Source of the DNA: Dehalococcoidia bacterium
GTDB taxonomy: Bacteria > Chloroflexota > Dehalococcoidia > Lucifugimonadales > UBA3495
Direction of reading: 5' to 3'
Assembly: GCA_963663945.1 (NCBI GenBank)
Contig: OY760687.1
Span: 2,639,918 to 2,703,917 of the forward strand
Length of the DNA stretch: 64,000 bases
The notes under the pieces: generated by a model
Seen by the model: only the letters and a program-made list of their open reading frames with translations
The model's database searches: none
Told to the model about the DNA's origin: nothing
Part shown: piece by piece, positions 29,401-39,095 of the stretch
Position numbering within the stretch: position 1 is the stretch's first letter
Layout of the letters: the number at the start of each line of letters is the position of its first letter
Program-made: the position numbers and the translations under genes

Positions 29401-31927
29401 GTTGGGGAAACTACCGCTTGTGCCGGGAGGCTCGTGGCTGAGGTCGGCCTCCTTGCCGGTGGTCGTGTGCGTGATTGTGCCGCTGTTCAGGTCGATGGCG
29501 TTGGCGGGAACGGACAGGCCGTCCTCGTCCAGGTCTTCGGTCGCAACGGTGTAGGCGAAGGTCAGGATCCGTTTCGTGGCGTCGATGCCGGTGTAGGCGG
29601 CCTGCCGGTTGGCGTTGACGAGGGTGATTGCCAAAGCAGGGGTTCCATCGGTGGTGTCAACCGCGACGTCGGAATCAAAGGTCACGGTGAACGTGACCGT
29701 TTCGCCGGCCTGGTAGGTGTCGCCGCTGGCGGGAGTGGACGTGATCTGCACGCCGTCGGTGACGATCAGCGGTATCTTGTTGACCAGGTGGCCGGCCTGG
29801 GTGGGCAGGGCCACATGGATAAGCAAGGCGTCGGCGTCGTCTTCATCGGCGGTGATTGAACCGCTGTTGAGCGTCAACGAGTTCGCGGCGATGGACACGC
29901 CATCCTGGTCGCTGTCCTCGGAGACCACCGTGTAGGAGAAGGTGAGTACGGTCTTGGCCGAGTTGATTTCCGCATAGGTGGCGGCGCGGGCGTCGTCGCC
30001 GATGGTGACAGCCAGGCTCGGCGTGCCGTCGGTGGTGTCGATCTCTACTGCCTGGTTGTAGGTCAGGGCAACGGTGATCGCGTCTCCCGTGGCGTAGGTG
30101 CGGTCGGTTCCGGCGTCGCTGGTCAGCGCCACGCCGGCGATTACCGGCGCGGTCGTGGTCGCGTCAACCTTGTGGCCGGAAAACAGTCCGCCGGTTCCCG
30201 GCGCCGGGTGTTCGAGGTCTGCGTCGTTGGCGCTGACGTTGCCAGTGATCGCGCCGCCGTCGAGGATCAGGGCGTTCGCAGTCATGGAAATGCCATCGTC
30301 GTCCTCGTCTCCAACGGCGATGGTGTAGGCAAAGGTGAGTATCCGGTTGTCGGGGCTGATTGAGGTGTAGCCGGCCCGCCTGGCGTCGTTGCCCATCGTG
30401 AACTGCAGGTAGGGCGTTCCTTCGCTGGTTTTGACCGTGACCGGGGTGTCGAATTCGACGGTGAAAGTGATGGTTTCGGCCGGGCCGTAGGTGTCGTCCG
30501 CGGCGGGATCGGACGTGATTTGTACGCCGTTTTCGACGATCATCGCGTCCGGGTTGACTCGGTGCTGGGTCTGGTCGGGTAACCCGGAGTGTCTGAGGGC
30601 GGCCCTGGTGCCGGAGCGCAGGTATGTGATGATGCCGCCGTTTTCGTTCAGGGGGTTTTCGGGGATTGAAATGCCGTCGTTGTCGGTCAGCGATTGGTCA
30701 ACCGTGTGCGAGAAGATGATCGTCCGGCTGTCGTCGGCCGTCTCCGAGTAGTCGATCGGCTGCTCATCAGAGCCGAACTGGACGCGGATGTTGGGTGTGC
30801 CGTTGTCGGTGTCCACCAGTATCGGGAGATCGAAGGTGACGGCGATTTCTATGATGTCGCCAATGACGTATGTTTCGCCATCGGTGGGTTGGCTGATAAC
30901 TTCGATGGATTCGATGCGGGGTGTGATGGGCGCGACGACGGCGATGGTGTAGGTCATCGTGGCGGCCCCCTCCTTGGTCGCTGTAAGGACGATTTCGTTG
31001 GTCCCGTGATGGAGTGTCACCTGGTGGCCGTCGGCAACGTCGTCGGCGTCTTCGGGCATGATGGTGTAGGACACGCCGTCTTTGGGCGTGACCGTCACCG
31101 TAGTGACGGTGGCCCCGTGGTCCGGAGTCGCCGTGTAGAGCGTTTTGCGGGATCTGAATTGCTGGTCCAATGTGACGTTCGTCAGATGGACCTGGTCAAG
31201 GGCGGCCAGCCGAGAGTTCCGGCGGTCGTCAAGGTACTGGTTTGAGATACGGTGGAGGGCCCGGTGATTGAGGTTGGCGTTCCCGCCGCCGGGGGAGTGG
31301 GTGATGGAGGAGCCTTCGGGCACGTTGATGCTGTTGGCTGAGAGCCCGAAGCCCACAGCCGTTTCGAGCAGCCCGGCTTCGTCGTTGAGCAGTTGGAACA
31401 CGAGGGCGTTGGTGCCGGATCCGCGCGCGTAGGGGAAGTCGGTTGGGCCCTGCGGGGAATCGTTGAGCCAGATGTCCACGGCCAGTGTGGGCCGGCCCCC
31501 GGTGAGGTCCACCACCACGGGGTGGTCGAAGGTGAACTCGAACTCAACCGGTTCATCGTTCCTGTAGACGTTCGTGTTCTGGTTCAGCGGACGGCTGATC
31601 ACCCTGACCCTGGTGATTCTTGGGATCACCAGCGGTTCCCGATGTATCTCCACCGTGTAGGGGACGTCGATGTGTCCTGGCTTGGTGACCAGTATCTCTA
31701 TGAAGTTGTTGCCCGGTTCCAGCGGCACCTGGTGGCCGGGCTGGAAGTCGTGGGAATCGGGCGGCGTGATTGTCACGTCGGTGTCGACGTCCCCGGTCGC
31801 CGTGACGGTGGTTGCCGCAACACCGCCGTACACAGTGGCGGCGTAATTGATCAGGTCTGGTGAGAAGTCGGGCTGCAGGACGATGTCGGTGATATCCAGG
31901 TCGGTGAGCTTCAGGTCGGTGAGCTTG
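20401..31927 (-). pseudogene. Giant repetitive surface protein/adhesin, C-terminal part (separated from its N-terminus by IS21)
   Basis: More than 3,800 uninterrupted codons. About 25 Ig-like ~125-aa repeats (TYxxGDxITxxVTF...GTPxL...LTFSYTV...DxDxDG...LNGGTI...HxV), cadherin-like beta-sandwich units (LSxLSxSGxTLxPxF...GHQVDL) and an internal copy of the N-terminal domain. Confidence 0.9.
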
Positions 31928-32018
31928 GCCAGTGATAGACGACAATAAGGAATGCCTCTTGCGCCGACTATTCTTGCCGGTTGGGATGGTGTAAATCGTC
32001 CGGCACGGAGGTGCCGGA

Positions 32019-33521
32019 TTGATCAAGGACCGACAAGTCAGACTTTTGAGGCAAAAACGTATGGAAGGAAAAACACAGGAGACGGCGGCCGCCATGTCTG
32101 GGATGAGCGTGCGCTCGGCGCGCAAATGGCAGAGTGGCCCGTTGCCGTCGGAGACCAAACCGGAGCGCTGGTGGCGCACTCGGTCCGATCCCTTCGACGG
32201 GGTGTGGGAAGAGGAGATTGAGCCACTGCTGCGGGACGACCCCAAGGGCAAGCTGAAGGCAACGACGATTATCGAATGGCTGGAGGAGCAGCATCCCGGC
32301 CAGTTCAGCACCTCCCAGCTGCGCACGCTGCAACGACGATTACAGGACTGGCGGGCGCTGAATGGTCCGGACCAGGAGGTGTACTTCCCCCAGGAGCATC
32401 CGCCGGGACGGGAGGCCCAGTTTGATTTCACCCACTGCAGCGCCCTGGGGGTGACCGTCGCCGGTGAGCCCTACCCCCACCTGCTGTTTCAGCTGATCCT
32501 CAGCCACTCGGGCTGGCGCTACGCGGAGGTCGCCGCCGGCGAGACCTTCCTGGCCCTCAAGCAGGGATTACAGAATGCGCTCTGGGCCCTGGGCGGCGTA
32601 CCGGAGGTGGTGCGTTCCGACAATACCTCTGCTGCCACCCACGAGATGAAACGCAGCCGAGGCCGGGCGCTAAACGACAATTACGCCGCCCTGCTGGACC
32701 ACTACGGTGTCCGATCCACCCGCATCAATCCTGGCAAGAGCCATGAAAACGGCGTCGCCGAGCACGCCCACTACCGTTTGAAAGACGCCGTGGACCAGGC
32801 CCTCATCCTGCGCGGCAGCCGCGATTTCCACACCGCCGACGACTACGCCGGTTTCGTCCGGAAGATGGTGGAGAAGCGCAATCGCCTGGTGCGGGGGAAG
32901 CTGGAGCAGGAAATGGCTTGCCTAAGACCCCTGCCGCCAGCCCCCATGCCGGAATACGCCAACTACCAGTCCAAGGTGCGCCGGTGGAGTACCATCCAGG
33001 TGGCGGGACGCAGCTACAGCGTCCCGTCCCGGCTCATTGGCAAGGTGGTACAGATCCGCCTCTATTCCGAGCACGTGGAAGTGTACTACAAGGGCCACTT
33101 TGTGGAACGCATGGCGCGCGTGCACGGTGATGGGGAAGTAAACGTCAATTACCGCCACGTCATCAATTCCCTGGTGCGCAAGCCCGGAGCATTCGCCCGG
33201 TACCGGTTCAGGGAGCAGCTGTTTCCCACCTTGCGCTTCCGGCTCACCTACGACGCGCTCAGGCAGTGGCGTGGGGAGCGCGCCGACGTGGAGTACGTGC
33301 GCATCCTGCACCTGGCGGCCACCACCATGGAGGTCATGGTGGACAGCGCCCTGTCGCTGCTGCTGGAGACCGGTCAGCCCTTCGACTACGCCGAGGTGCG
33401 GGAACTGGCCGAGCCCAGGGTGCCCCAGGCTCCGGTGCTGGTCCTCTCTGGGAAGCCGGACCTGAAGATCTACGACGGTCTGCTCACGAGCAGTACGGCC
33501 ATGGTGGGGGTGTGCGCATGA
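32019..33521 (+). CDS. istA: IS21 transposase IstA
   Basis: WRTRSDPF, EAQFDF, VRSDN, KSHENGVAEHAH, YSVPSRLIG. Confidence 0.93.
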   Translation: MIKDRQVRLLRQKRMEGKTQETAAAMSGMSVRSARKWQSGPLPSETKPERWWRTRSDPFDGVWEEEIEPLLRDDPKGKLKATTIIEWLEEQHPGQFSTSQLRTLQRRLQDWRALNGPDQEVYFPQEHPPGREAQFDFTHCSALGVTVAGEPYPHLLFQLILSHSGWRYAEVAAGETFLALKQGLQNALWALGGVPEVVRSDNTSAATHEMKRSRGRALNDNYAALLDHYGVRSTRINPGKSHENGVAEHAHYRLKDAVDQALILRGSRDFHTADDYAGFVRKMVEKRNRLVRGKLEQEMACLRPLPPAPMPEYANYQSKVRRWSTIQVAGRSYSVPSRLIGKVVQIRLYSEHVEVYYKGHFVERMARVHGDGEVNVNYRHVINSLVRKPGAFARYRFREQLFPTLRFRLTYDALRQWRGERADVEYVRILHLAATTMEVMVDSALSLLLETGQPFDYAEVRELAEPRVPQAPVLVLSGKPDLKIYDGLLTSSTAMVGVCA

Positions 33522-34309
33522 TGGACACCCCCACCAGCGTGATCCAGGAGCGCATCGGCGAGCTATGCCGCGAATTCAAGCTGCCCACCATGGGCGCTCA
33601 GTCGGTGGCCCGTTTCACTGAGGCTGGCCACGGCGAGGCCCTGTCCACCTTCCTGGAGGTGCTGGAGCAGGAGGCCGAGGATCGCCGCCACCGGCGCATC
33701 AACCGGCTGCGTCAGGCGTCCCGGCTGCCCTCGGGCAAGACCTGGGAGACCTTCGAGCATCACCGGATGCCCCTGACTCTTCGTCAACAGATGGACCATC
33801 TGGCCCAGGGCAGTTTCGTGGAACACGGCGTCAACGTGCTGGCCTTCGGGCTCCCCGGCACCGGCAAGACCCACGCCCTATGCGCTCTGGGCCACCGCCT
33901 GGTGGAAGCCGGACACTCCGTCCTCTTCGCTCCAGCCTACCGCCTGGTGCAGGACCTCCTCGCCGCCAAGCGCGACTTCGACCTGCCCCGACAACTGCGC
34001 AAGCTGGACAACTTCGACTTCCTCCTCCTGGACGATCTCGGCTACCTGCCCCAGGGGGCCGAGGAGTCCGAGGTCCTCTTCACCCTCATCGCCGAACGCT
34101 ACGAACGCCGGTCCCTGGGCATCACGTCCAACCTGGTCTTCTCCGAGTGGGAGCGCATCTTCGCCAACCCCATGGCTACCGCCGCAGCGATTGACCGGGT
34201 GGTCCACCACTCCGTCATCCTGGAATTCGACGTCCCCAGCTACCGGACTGACGCAGCACAGCAACGCGGCGAGACTGCTGCGGCCGAGGAGGTGAACCGG
34301 CAAAACTAA
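33518..34309 (+). CDS. istB: IS21 helper ATPase IstB
   Basis: Walker A GLPGTGKT, Walker B LLLDDLGY, ITSNLVFSEW, AAIDRVVHH; ATGA overlap with istA. Confidence 0.95.
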   Translation: MMDTPTSVIQERIGELCREFKLPTMGAQSVARFTEAGHGEALSTFLEVLEQEAEDRRHRRINRLRQASRLPSGKTWETFEHHRMPLTLRQQMDHLAQGSFVEHGVNVLAFGLPGTGKTHALCALGHRLVEAGHSVLFAPAYRLVQDLLAAKRDFDLPRQLRKLDNFDFLLLDDLGYLPQGAEESEVLFTLIAERYERRSLGITSNLVFSEWERIFANPMATAAAIDRVVHHSVILEFDVPSYRTDAAQQRGETAAAEEVNRQN

Positions 34310-34346
34310 TCGACGATAAATCGGCAAGAATGGTTGACGCGGGACA

Positions 34347-35425
34347 GCCAGCGGCCTCTCGATGCTGCTGTCGATCCTGGCGCGGCCGTAGCCCCTGGGA
34401 ATGGGGTGCCTCAGCAGCGCGGCGAGGTCATAGCCGGTACGGTTGATGGTGCCGCTGTTGAGCTGGAGGCTGTTGGCGTGGATGTAGATCCCGTTGGCGT
34501 CCTGATCGTCGGGCAGCACCCGGTATTCGAAGACCAGGGTGTCGGTGCCGGAGCCGCTGGCGTAGCGCATGCGCTCCGTGCGCGCCGGGTTGTCGGGGTC
34601 ACCGAGGCTGAATTTGAGCGTGGGCGTACCCGCATCGTCGTTGACGGTCACCGAATCGGTGAAGGTCACGGCCGCCTGGATCAGTTCCCGGTTGCCGTAC
34701 ACGTCGCCGATGACCGGACTGGAAATGATCTCGAAACCGTCCTCGACAACCCGGGGATGGCCGCTCGTGCCCTGGACGCTCATCTTCAGCGAGTGGATGC
34801 GGGGTTTCGGGGTCCAGTTGTCGCTGGGGAGTATTCTCCCGTCGTCGATGGACCAGCCCTCGGCGGATCCCTCGTCTTCTGCGTTGTCGCTGACCCTGCG
34901 GATGTTCAAGTAGTTATTGTTCGCGCAGCCGAAGGAGCACTGGAGTACGAACATGTACGCCGTTGAAGGTTCAAGCTCGATTTGTTCGCGCGCCCAGAAC
35001 CGGTTCATTTGGTTGTTCTTTTTGTCGCCGTACGAAAATCCAGTGAGCCTCGCGCCGCGGCTCCCGTCGTCGTTCACCGCGTGGAGGCCGGCGTTCAGCA
35101 CGATGTATTTCTTGTCGACGCTGGTTCCGAACTTGACGTCGATGGAGTCAAGCCTGATGCCGAGTTGCGGTCCGGTTCGGAACACCTGGGCGGTGCCGTT
35201 GAGGTTTACGTTGATCGTGTCGTCATCGACGTCCCTGGCGTCCACGTTGGAAACCAGGGTCTGGATCTCGTCAGTCACCGGTTCCTGGGCGGCCACTTTT
35301 GGGGCGGCGCCCAGCGTGACGGTAAGCATGATGGCGATCGAGGTGAGCAGCGCAGTGGCCAGCAATGCGCCGGCGGCGATGGCACGCATGTGCGGGGTCC
35401 GGTCGAGGTGGGCTGGCAACGGCAT
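34347..35425 (-). pseudogene. Giant surface protein, N-terminal part (signal peptide, N-domain, first repeat)
   Basis: RBS GGAG and ATG at 35425; signal peptide ending KVAA-Q. Removing the IS and one GCCAG copy joins ...IERPLA to KLTDLKLTDL... in frame, giving about 4,201 aa. Confidence 0.88.
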
Positions 35426-35738
35426 GGAAGGCTCCGCTCGCGGCCAGGTGTGCCACCGACGTAACTGGCTGTGAACGAGTGATGCAGCCGCCACCGAGCC
35501 GTCGTTTTACGAACCGCCCAGCACGGGTCACCCTCTCGATCCCAACCAAACTCCGCCCTATAAGGCCGCGAAAGTATTGGGTGCAGAAAATGCTAGCCGG
35601 CCATGCCTGCAAAGCGTGTGAATGGGCAAATAACGGACGCAATGCCACTAGCCGGGTGGGCAAAATGCCGCTTGCCCGAACCCGCCGTCCGCGAGCGTCT
35701 GAGGGGTCAGCGGCTGCAGGTGAGAAAACCCCGCTTGC

Positions 35739-35767
35739 CATGTGCACAAAAGACTTTTCTGCACATG
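35739..35767. promoter_or_regulatory. Long palindrome, candidate operator upstream of the giant gene
   Basis: CATGTGCACAAAAG-A-CTTTTCTGCACATG (13/14 arms); an extra TGCAGAAAA half-site at 35582. Confidence 0.45.
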
Positions 35768-35863
35768 TACGGGCCGGAGGTTCACCTGCCCGGAGATGGA
35801 GACGTTTTCACAAGAACCTGGCGACAGGCGCCAGATGACGAAATGTCAGTGACCGCGCGGCCA

Positions 35864-37279
35864 CTATGATGCGCGCGCTTTGCTCCGCTCGCCGGAGACC
35901 GCCCCGTCGGGGTTCACGTCAAGGTCCGACGCGTCTTCTGCTTGATGTACGTTCCCGCTGCCCATCCGAAAAACTGCAACGATCAGCGTGCCGCCAATCA
36001 CGAAAGCCATGTAGGCGAACAGGGAAGTCGCGTGCCACAGGTACCCCAACTTCAGCAAATCCAGGGCTTCCTGCCTGGTGTACCCCAACTGCTCGTAATT
36101 GAGATCCCAGGACCACACCAGGTTGTGGTCGGGCAATACCATCGGGACGTTGGGCGCCAGGTAAATCGCCAGGACAGTCGCCATGCCCAGCACGGTTCCA
36201 ACCACGGCCACGGTGAACACAGTGGACAAGACGAAGCGCCGGTCGCTTTCGCTGGGATTGATCATCGGATCGCGGATCACCAGCAAAACAACGAAGACCG
36301 CAGCCGTTATCAGCATAACCGCTGCCAATTGCATCCACACCCACGCGTTGGACAGCACGACCACCGTCACAAAGACGACGCCTGTCGGTGGCAACACTGC
36401 CCATGCCGCTCTCAGGTGGGCGCTGCGATTGCTCCGGGCGCCGGTATTATGCCATCTCCAGAGCAGGTGGAAAGCCAACCCGGCGGATGCCGAAAGCGTC
36501 AGGTTGAGCAGGAGGGCCAGCATGAAGACGATGGAGGTACCGCCCCACTCGACGATACTGTAGAAGTTGTAGTGGTCCAGGCCCAGCGGAGCGAAGTGCA
36601 AAAGTGGCGTCGTCAATAAGACGAACAACGTCACCCAGAAGAACTCCCGGAGCCCGGCTTCAGGATCCCCCAGCAGGAATCCTTGTCCAAGCGCCAGGCA
36701 CACTGCCAAAGCTACGAAAGTGACCGGAACCCAGGCGAGGTCGCCGCCCAGAAATTCCATAATGAGTCCAAGGGCCGCGATGCCGACTGCCAGCGGCAGG
36801 AACCTCAATAGCAGGAACCTGAGCACATCGTTCCCAAATGCAAAAGGTCGCAGAATTGTTTCAGCCTGCTGCCGATCCGCACTGACAGAACTTGCCTCCG
36901 CCTCGTCGGCCTGCGCCCGTCGAACGCCCGGTGCGTCAGCCTTCCCGGTGGCCCGGCCAACAGCCGTGGCGTAGTCCGGCGCCAGACCGGACAGCAATAT
37001 CAACCCTGCAACTTCATCGTCCGACAGTTCCAGGGCTTTCCCGAAAGTGCGAAACCGTTCCACGCTGGGAGAAGTTTGTCCGGTTTCCCATCTGGACACG
37101 GTCGCGTGGCTGTACCGCTCACCGTACTCTCCGTCCACGTCCACTTCGGCCATGAGACGGAGCAGGTCATCCTGGGTCAGCCCTCTACGACCATCGTTCC
37201 TTTGGAATGACTCCCGGTAGGCACGCATGAGGAATCCTGCTTGCGCGGCCCTGGGTTTCTGCGAATCACGATTGGCCAT
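35864..37279 (-). CDS. XRE-family HTH fused to a multipass membrane domain
   Basis: MANRDSQ...GLTQDDLLRLM...YSHATVSRWETGQTSPS...FGKALEL, then about 8 hydrophobic segments; 471 aa. Confidence 0.85.
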   Translation of the reverse strand: MANRDSQKPRAAQAGFLMRAYRESFQRNDGRRGLTQDDLLRLMAEVDVDGEYGERYSHATVSRWETGQTSPSVERFRTFGKALELSDDEVAGLILLSGLAPDYATAVGRATGKADAPGVRRAQADEAEASSVSADRQQAETILRPFAFGNDVLRFLLLRFLPLAVGIAALGLIMEFLGGDLAWVPVTFVALAVCLALGQGFLLGDPEAGLREFFWVTLFVLLTTPLLHFAPLGLDHYNFYSIVEWGGTSIVFMLALLLNLTLSASAGLAFHLLWRWHNTGARSNRSAHLRAAWAVLPPTGVVFVTVVVLSNAWVWMQLAAVMLITAAVFVVLLVIRDPMINPSESDRRFVLSTVFTVAVVGTVLGMATVLAIYLAPNVPMVLPDHNLVWSWDLNYEQLGYTRQEALDLLKLGYLWHATSLFAYMAFVIGGTLIVAVFRMGSGNVHQAEDASDLDVNPDGAVSGERSKARAS

Positions 37280-37756
37280 CGTAGGTACACTCGTAAGGAA
37301 TTGATTGGTTAAGCATTGTCTACGATTGAGCGATCCAATGCGGTTTCGCCAATGCTCCAAGTTGTTTCGGCGTGAGTAAGATCGAAATAGACGGGCCAGA
37401 AGCCGCGCCAGAGAGACCATCATCCAGTCGGTGGCACGGTTGAGGCCCGGATGGACTACCCAATCCAGAATCCCCCATTCACTTTGATTGTGGCAATTGC
37501 CAAACGCCCCATTTGACAAGGGCGTTTGCCCCTGGCGATTGTGCGATGAAAAACACGACCTCCAAGTGCGTCTGCACTTGGGTGGAATCAATCCCCAACC
37601 CTTCGTCCCGGCGTATTGCTTGCAGGGACGTTGCGAACGTTGTTCAACCTCCTGGCCAACCGCGGATCTCGCACGTCGGGTATTTTTGCCCAGGTACTTT
37701 GGCCCTTTTGATCGCTGGCAAACGTACCTTGCGACCATGCCTGTCGCTGTATAGAT

Positions 37757-39079
37757 TTGTCGGCAGTATCCCCACAGAACGCCCACCGGCTCCCATCCCG
37801 TAACACAACCAATCGCAGGATGTCGGCATACCGGATGTTGCTTGTATCGGAATGGAACACGGTCGTGAGGCGGGCCTCCCGGGTAGTCAACACTTTGCGG
37901 ATGCGCAATATCACGTTGAACCAGTTCGATCCGGATGGGTTGAAGTACTTCACGACCGTCTCGGTTCGGGCACACTGGCTGATCTCTGTAATATGCTTGA
38001 TCGAACTGGTGTATCGCCCACACTACGGAGCGATCAAATTTGCCGTCTATGCGGTGTTCATGGCGGCGCTGATCGGTTTTACCGCGTACCTTCACTACCG
38101 TCTGCGGTCCACTCGGCCAGTCACCTGGCACTGGCTGCTGGCGCTCTATGGGCTCGACATGCTGCTGGTCTCGGCCGGCACCGCGATCAGCGGCGGTTTC
38201 AGCCACGATTTCTTCTATCTGTTCTACTACCCGGCCATGGCCGCCTTCGCGGCGATGTTCACTTCGTTTCGGCTCAACATGCTCTGGGTGACGATGGTGT
38301 CCCTGGTCTATCTGGGCATGTCGCTGACGGTGGGTGAAGGCTTGGAGTTTGGAGATCGGGACGAAAAGACGCTGCTGGCGCGAGTGGCGGTCATGTATGC
38401 CGTCGTTGCCGCGGTGAACGCGGCTTCCCGGTTCGAACGCATCCGTTGGCAACAGTCGGTGGAGCGCGAGCGCGCCCTCGAGCGTGAGCGGGTCGAGGTG
38501 TCTCAGGCGATCCATGACACTGCCGCCCAGTCGGTTTTCCTGATCGGAATGGGTATCGACACTGCGAAGGAACTGGCTGGGGATGGGAACCCCGAGCTGA
38601 TCGCCACGCTTGAAGCCACCTCCGGGCTGTCGCGGTCCACGATGTGGGAGCTGCGGCGTCCGATTGACATCGCGGGCATCTACGAGGGTCGGGAGTTGGG
38701 CCGGGCGCTTCGGTCCCACGTAAGGAGCTTCACCAACGTTACGTCGGTGGTGGCCGAGATGACGGAGACGGGAGTGGAGCCGCCTCTTCCCGTTGAGGTT
38801 AAGAGCAGTCTATTTTCAATCGCGCACAACGCGCTGACCAACGCGTTCCGCCATGCCGGGGCGAGCCGGGTATCGATCGGTCTGGAGTTCGGGGAACGGG
38901 ACATTCGCCTGCGGGTGTCCGACGACGGGGCAGGGCTTCCCGATGATTACGCGGAGCGCGGCCACGGTTTCGCCAACATGCGCACGGCTGCGGAGCGGAT
39001 GGGCGGCCGTCTCTCGGTTGAGCAGAAGGGAGAGATGGGCGGCGCGACTATAACCTGTCTGGCGCCCGTGGAACGGTAA
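37757..39079 (+). CDS. Membrane sensor histidine kinase, NarX/DesK-like; paralog of 4120-5355 (real start probably 37895 or 37901)
   Basis: About 6 TM segments, SQAIHDTAAQ, SRSTMWELRRPID, IAHNALTNAFRH, SDDGAG. Confidence 0.9.
   Translation: MSAVSPQNAHRLPSRNTTNRRMSAYRMLLVSEWNTVVRRASRVVNTLRMRNITLNQFDPDGLKYFTTVSVRAHWLISVICLIELVYRPHYGAIKFAVYAVFMAALIGFTAYLHYRLRSTRPVTWHWLLALYGLDMLLVSAGTAISGGFSHDFFYLFYYPAMAAFAAMFTSFRLNMLWVTMVSLVYLGMSLTVGEGLEFGDRDEKTLLARVAVMYAVVAAVNAASRFERIRWQQSVERERALERERVEVSQAIHDTAAQSVFLIGMGIDTAKELAGDGNPELIATLEATSGLSRSTMWELRRPIDIAGIYEGRELGRALRSHVRSFTNVTSVVAEMTETGVEPPLPVEVKSSLFSIAHNALTNAFRHAGASRVSIGLEFGERDIRLRVSDDGAGLPDDYAERGHGFANMRTAAERMGGRLSVEQKGEMGGATITCLAPVER
37805..37849 (+). 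promoter_or_regulatory. Conserved non-coding element type 2, copy B
   Basis: ACAACCAATCGCA...ACCGGATGTTGCTTGTATCG, similar to 17263-17299. Confidence 0.45.
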
Positions 39080-39095
39080 GGGAAGGGGGACCGCA

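Larger units (their letters stand above)
31933..34346 (+). mobile_element. IS21-family insertion sequence, apparently intact
   Basis: TG...CA termini; 5-bp target duplication GCCAG at 31928-31932 and 34347-34351; repeated end motifs (GCGCCGACTATTCTTGCCGGTT left, GCGTCAACCATTCTTGCCGATT right); istA-istB. Confidence 0.95.

Noticed and set aside
28130-29755. Near-identical segments as template/variable repeats of a diversity-generating retroelement
   Set aside because: No reverse transcriptase in the window, both copies are in-frame coding modules, and there is no clear adenine-specific mismatch pattern.
20401-31927. Periodic DNA similarity as a CRISPR array or non-coding satellite
   Set aside because: The repeats are ~375-nt protein-domain units within one open frame.
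33878-35494. 538-aa ORF as an independent gene
   Set aside because: It is the adhesin N-terminus running into the IS21 right end antisense to istB after 34347.
35864-38719. 951-aa ORF in the track
   Set aside because: The first 480 codons are antisense to the kinase and cross an intergenic region; protein-like sequence starts at 37279.
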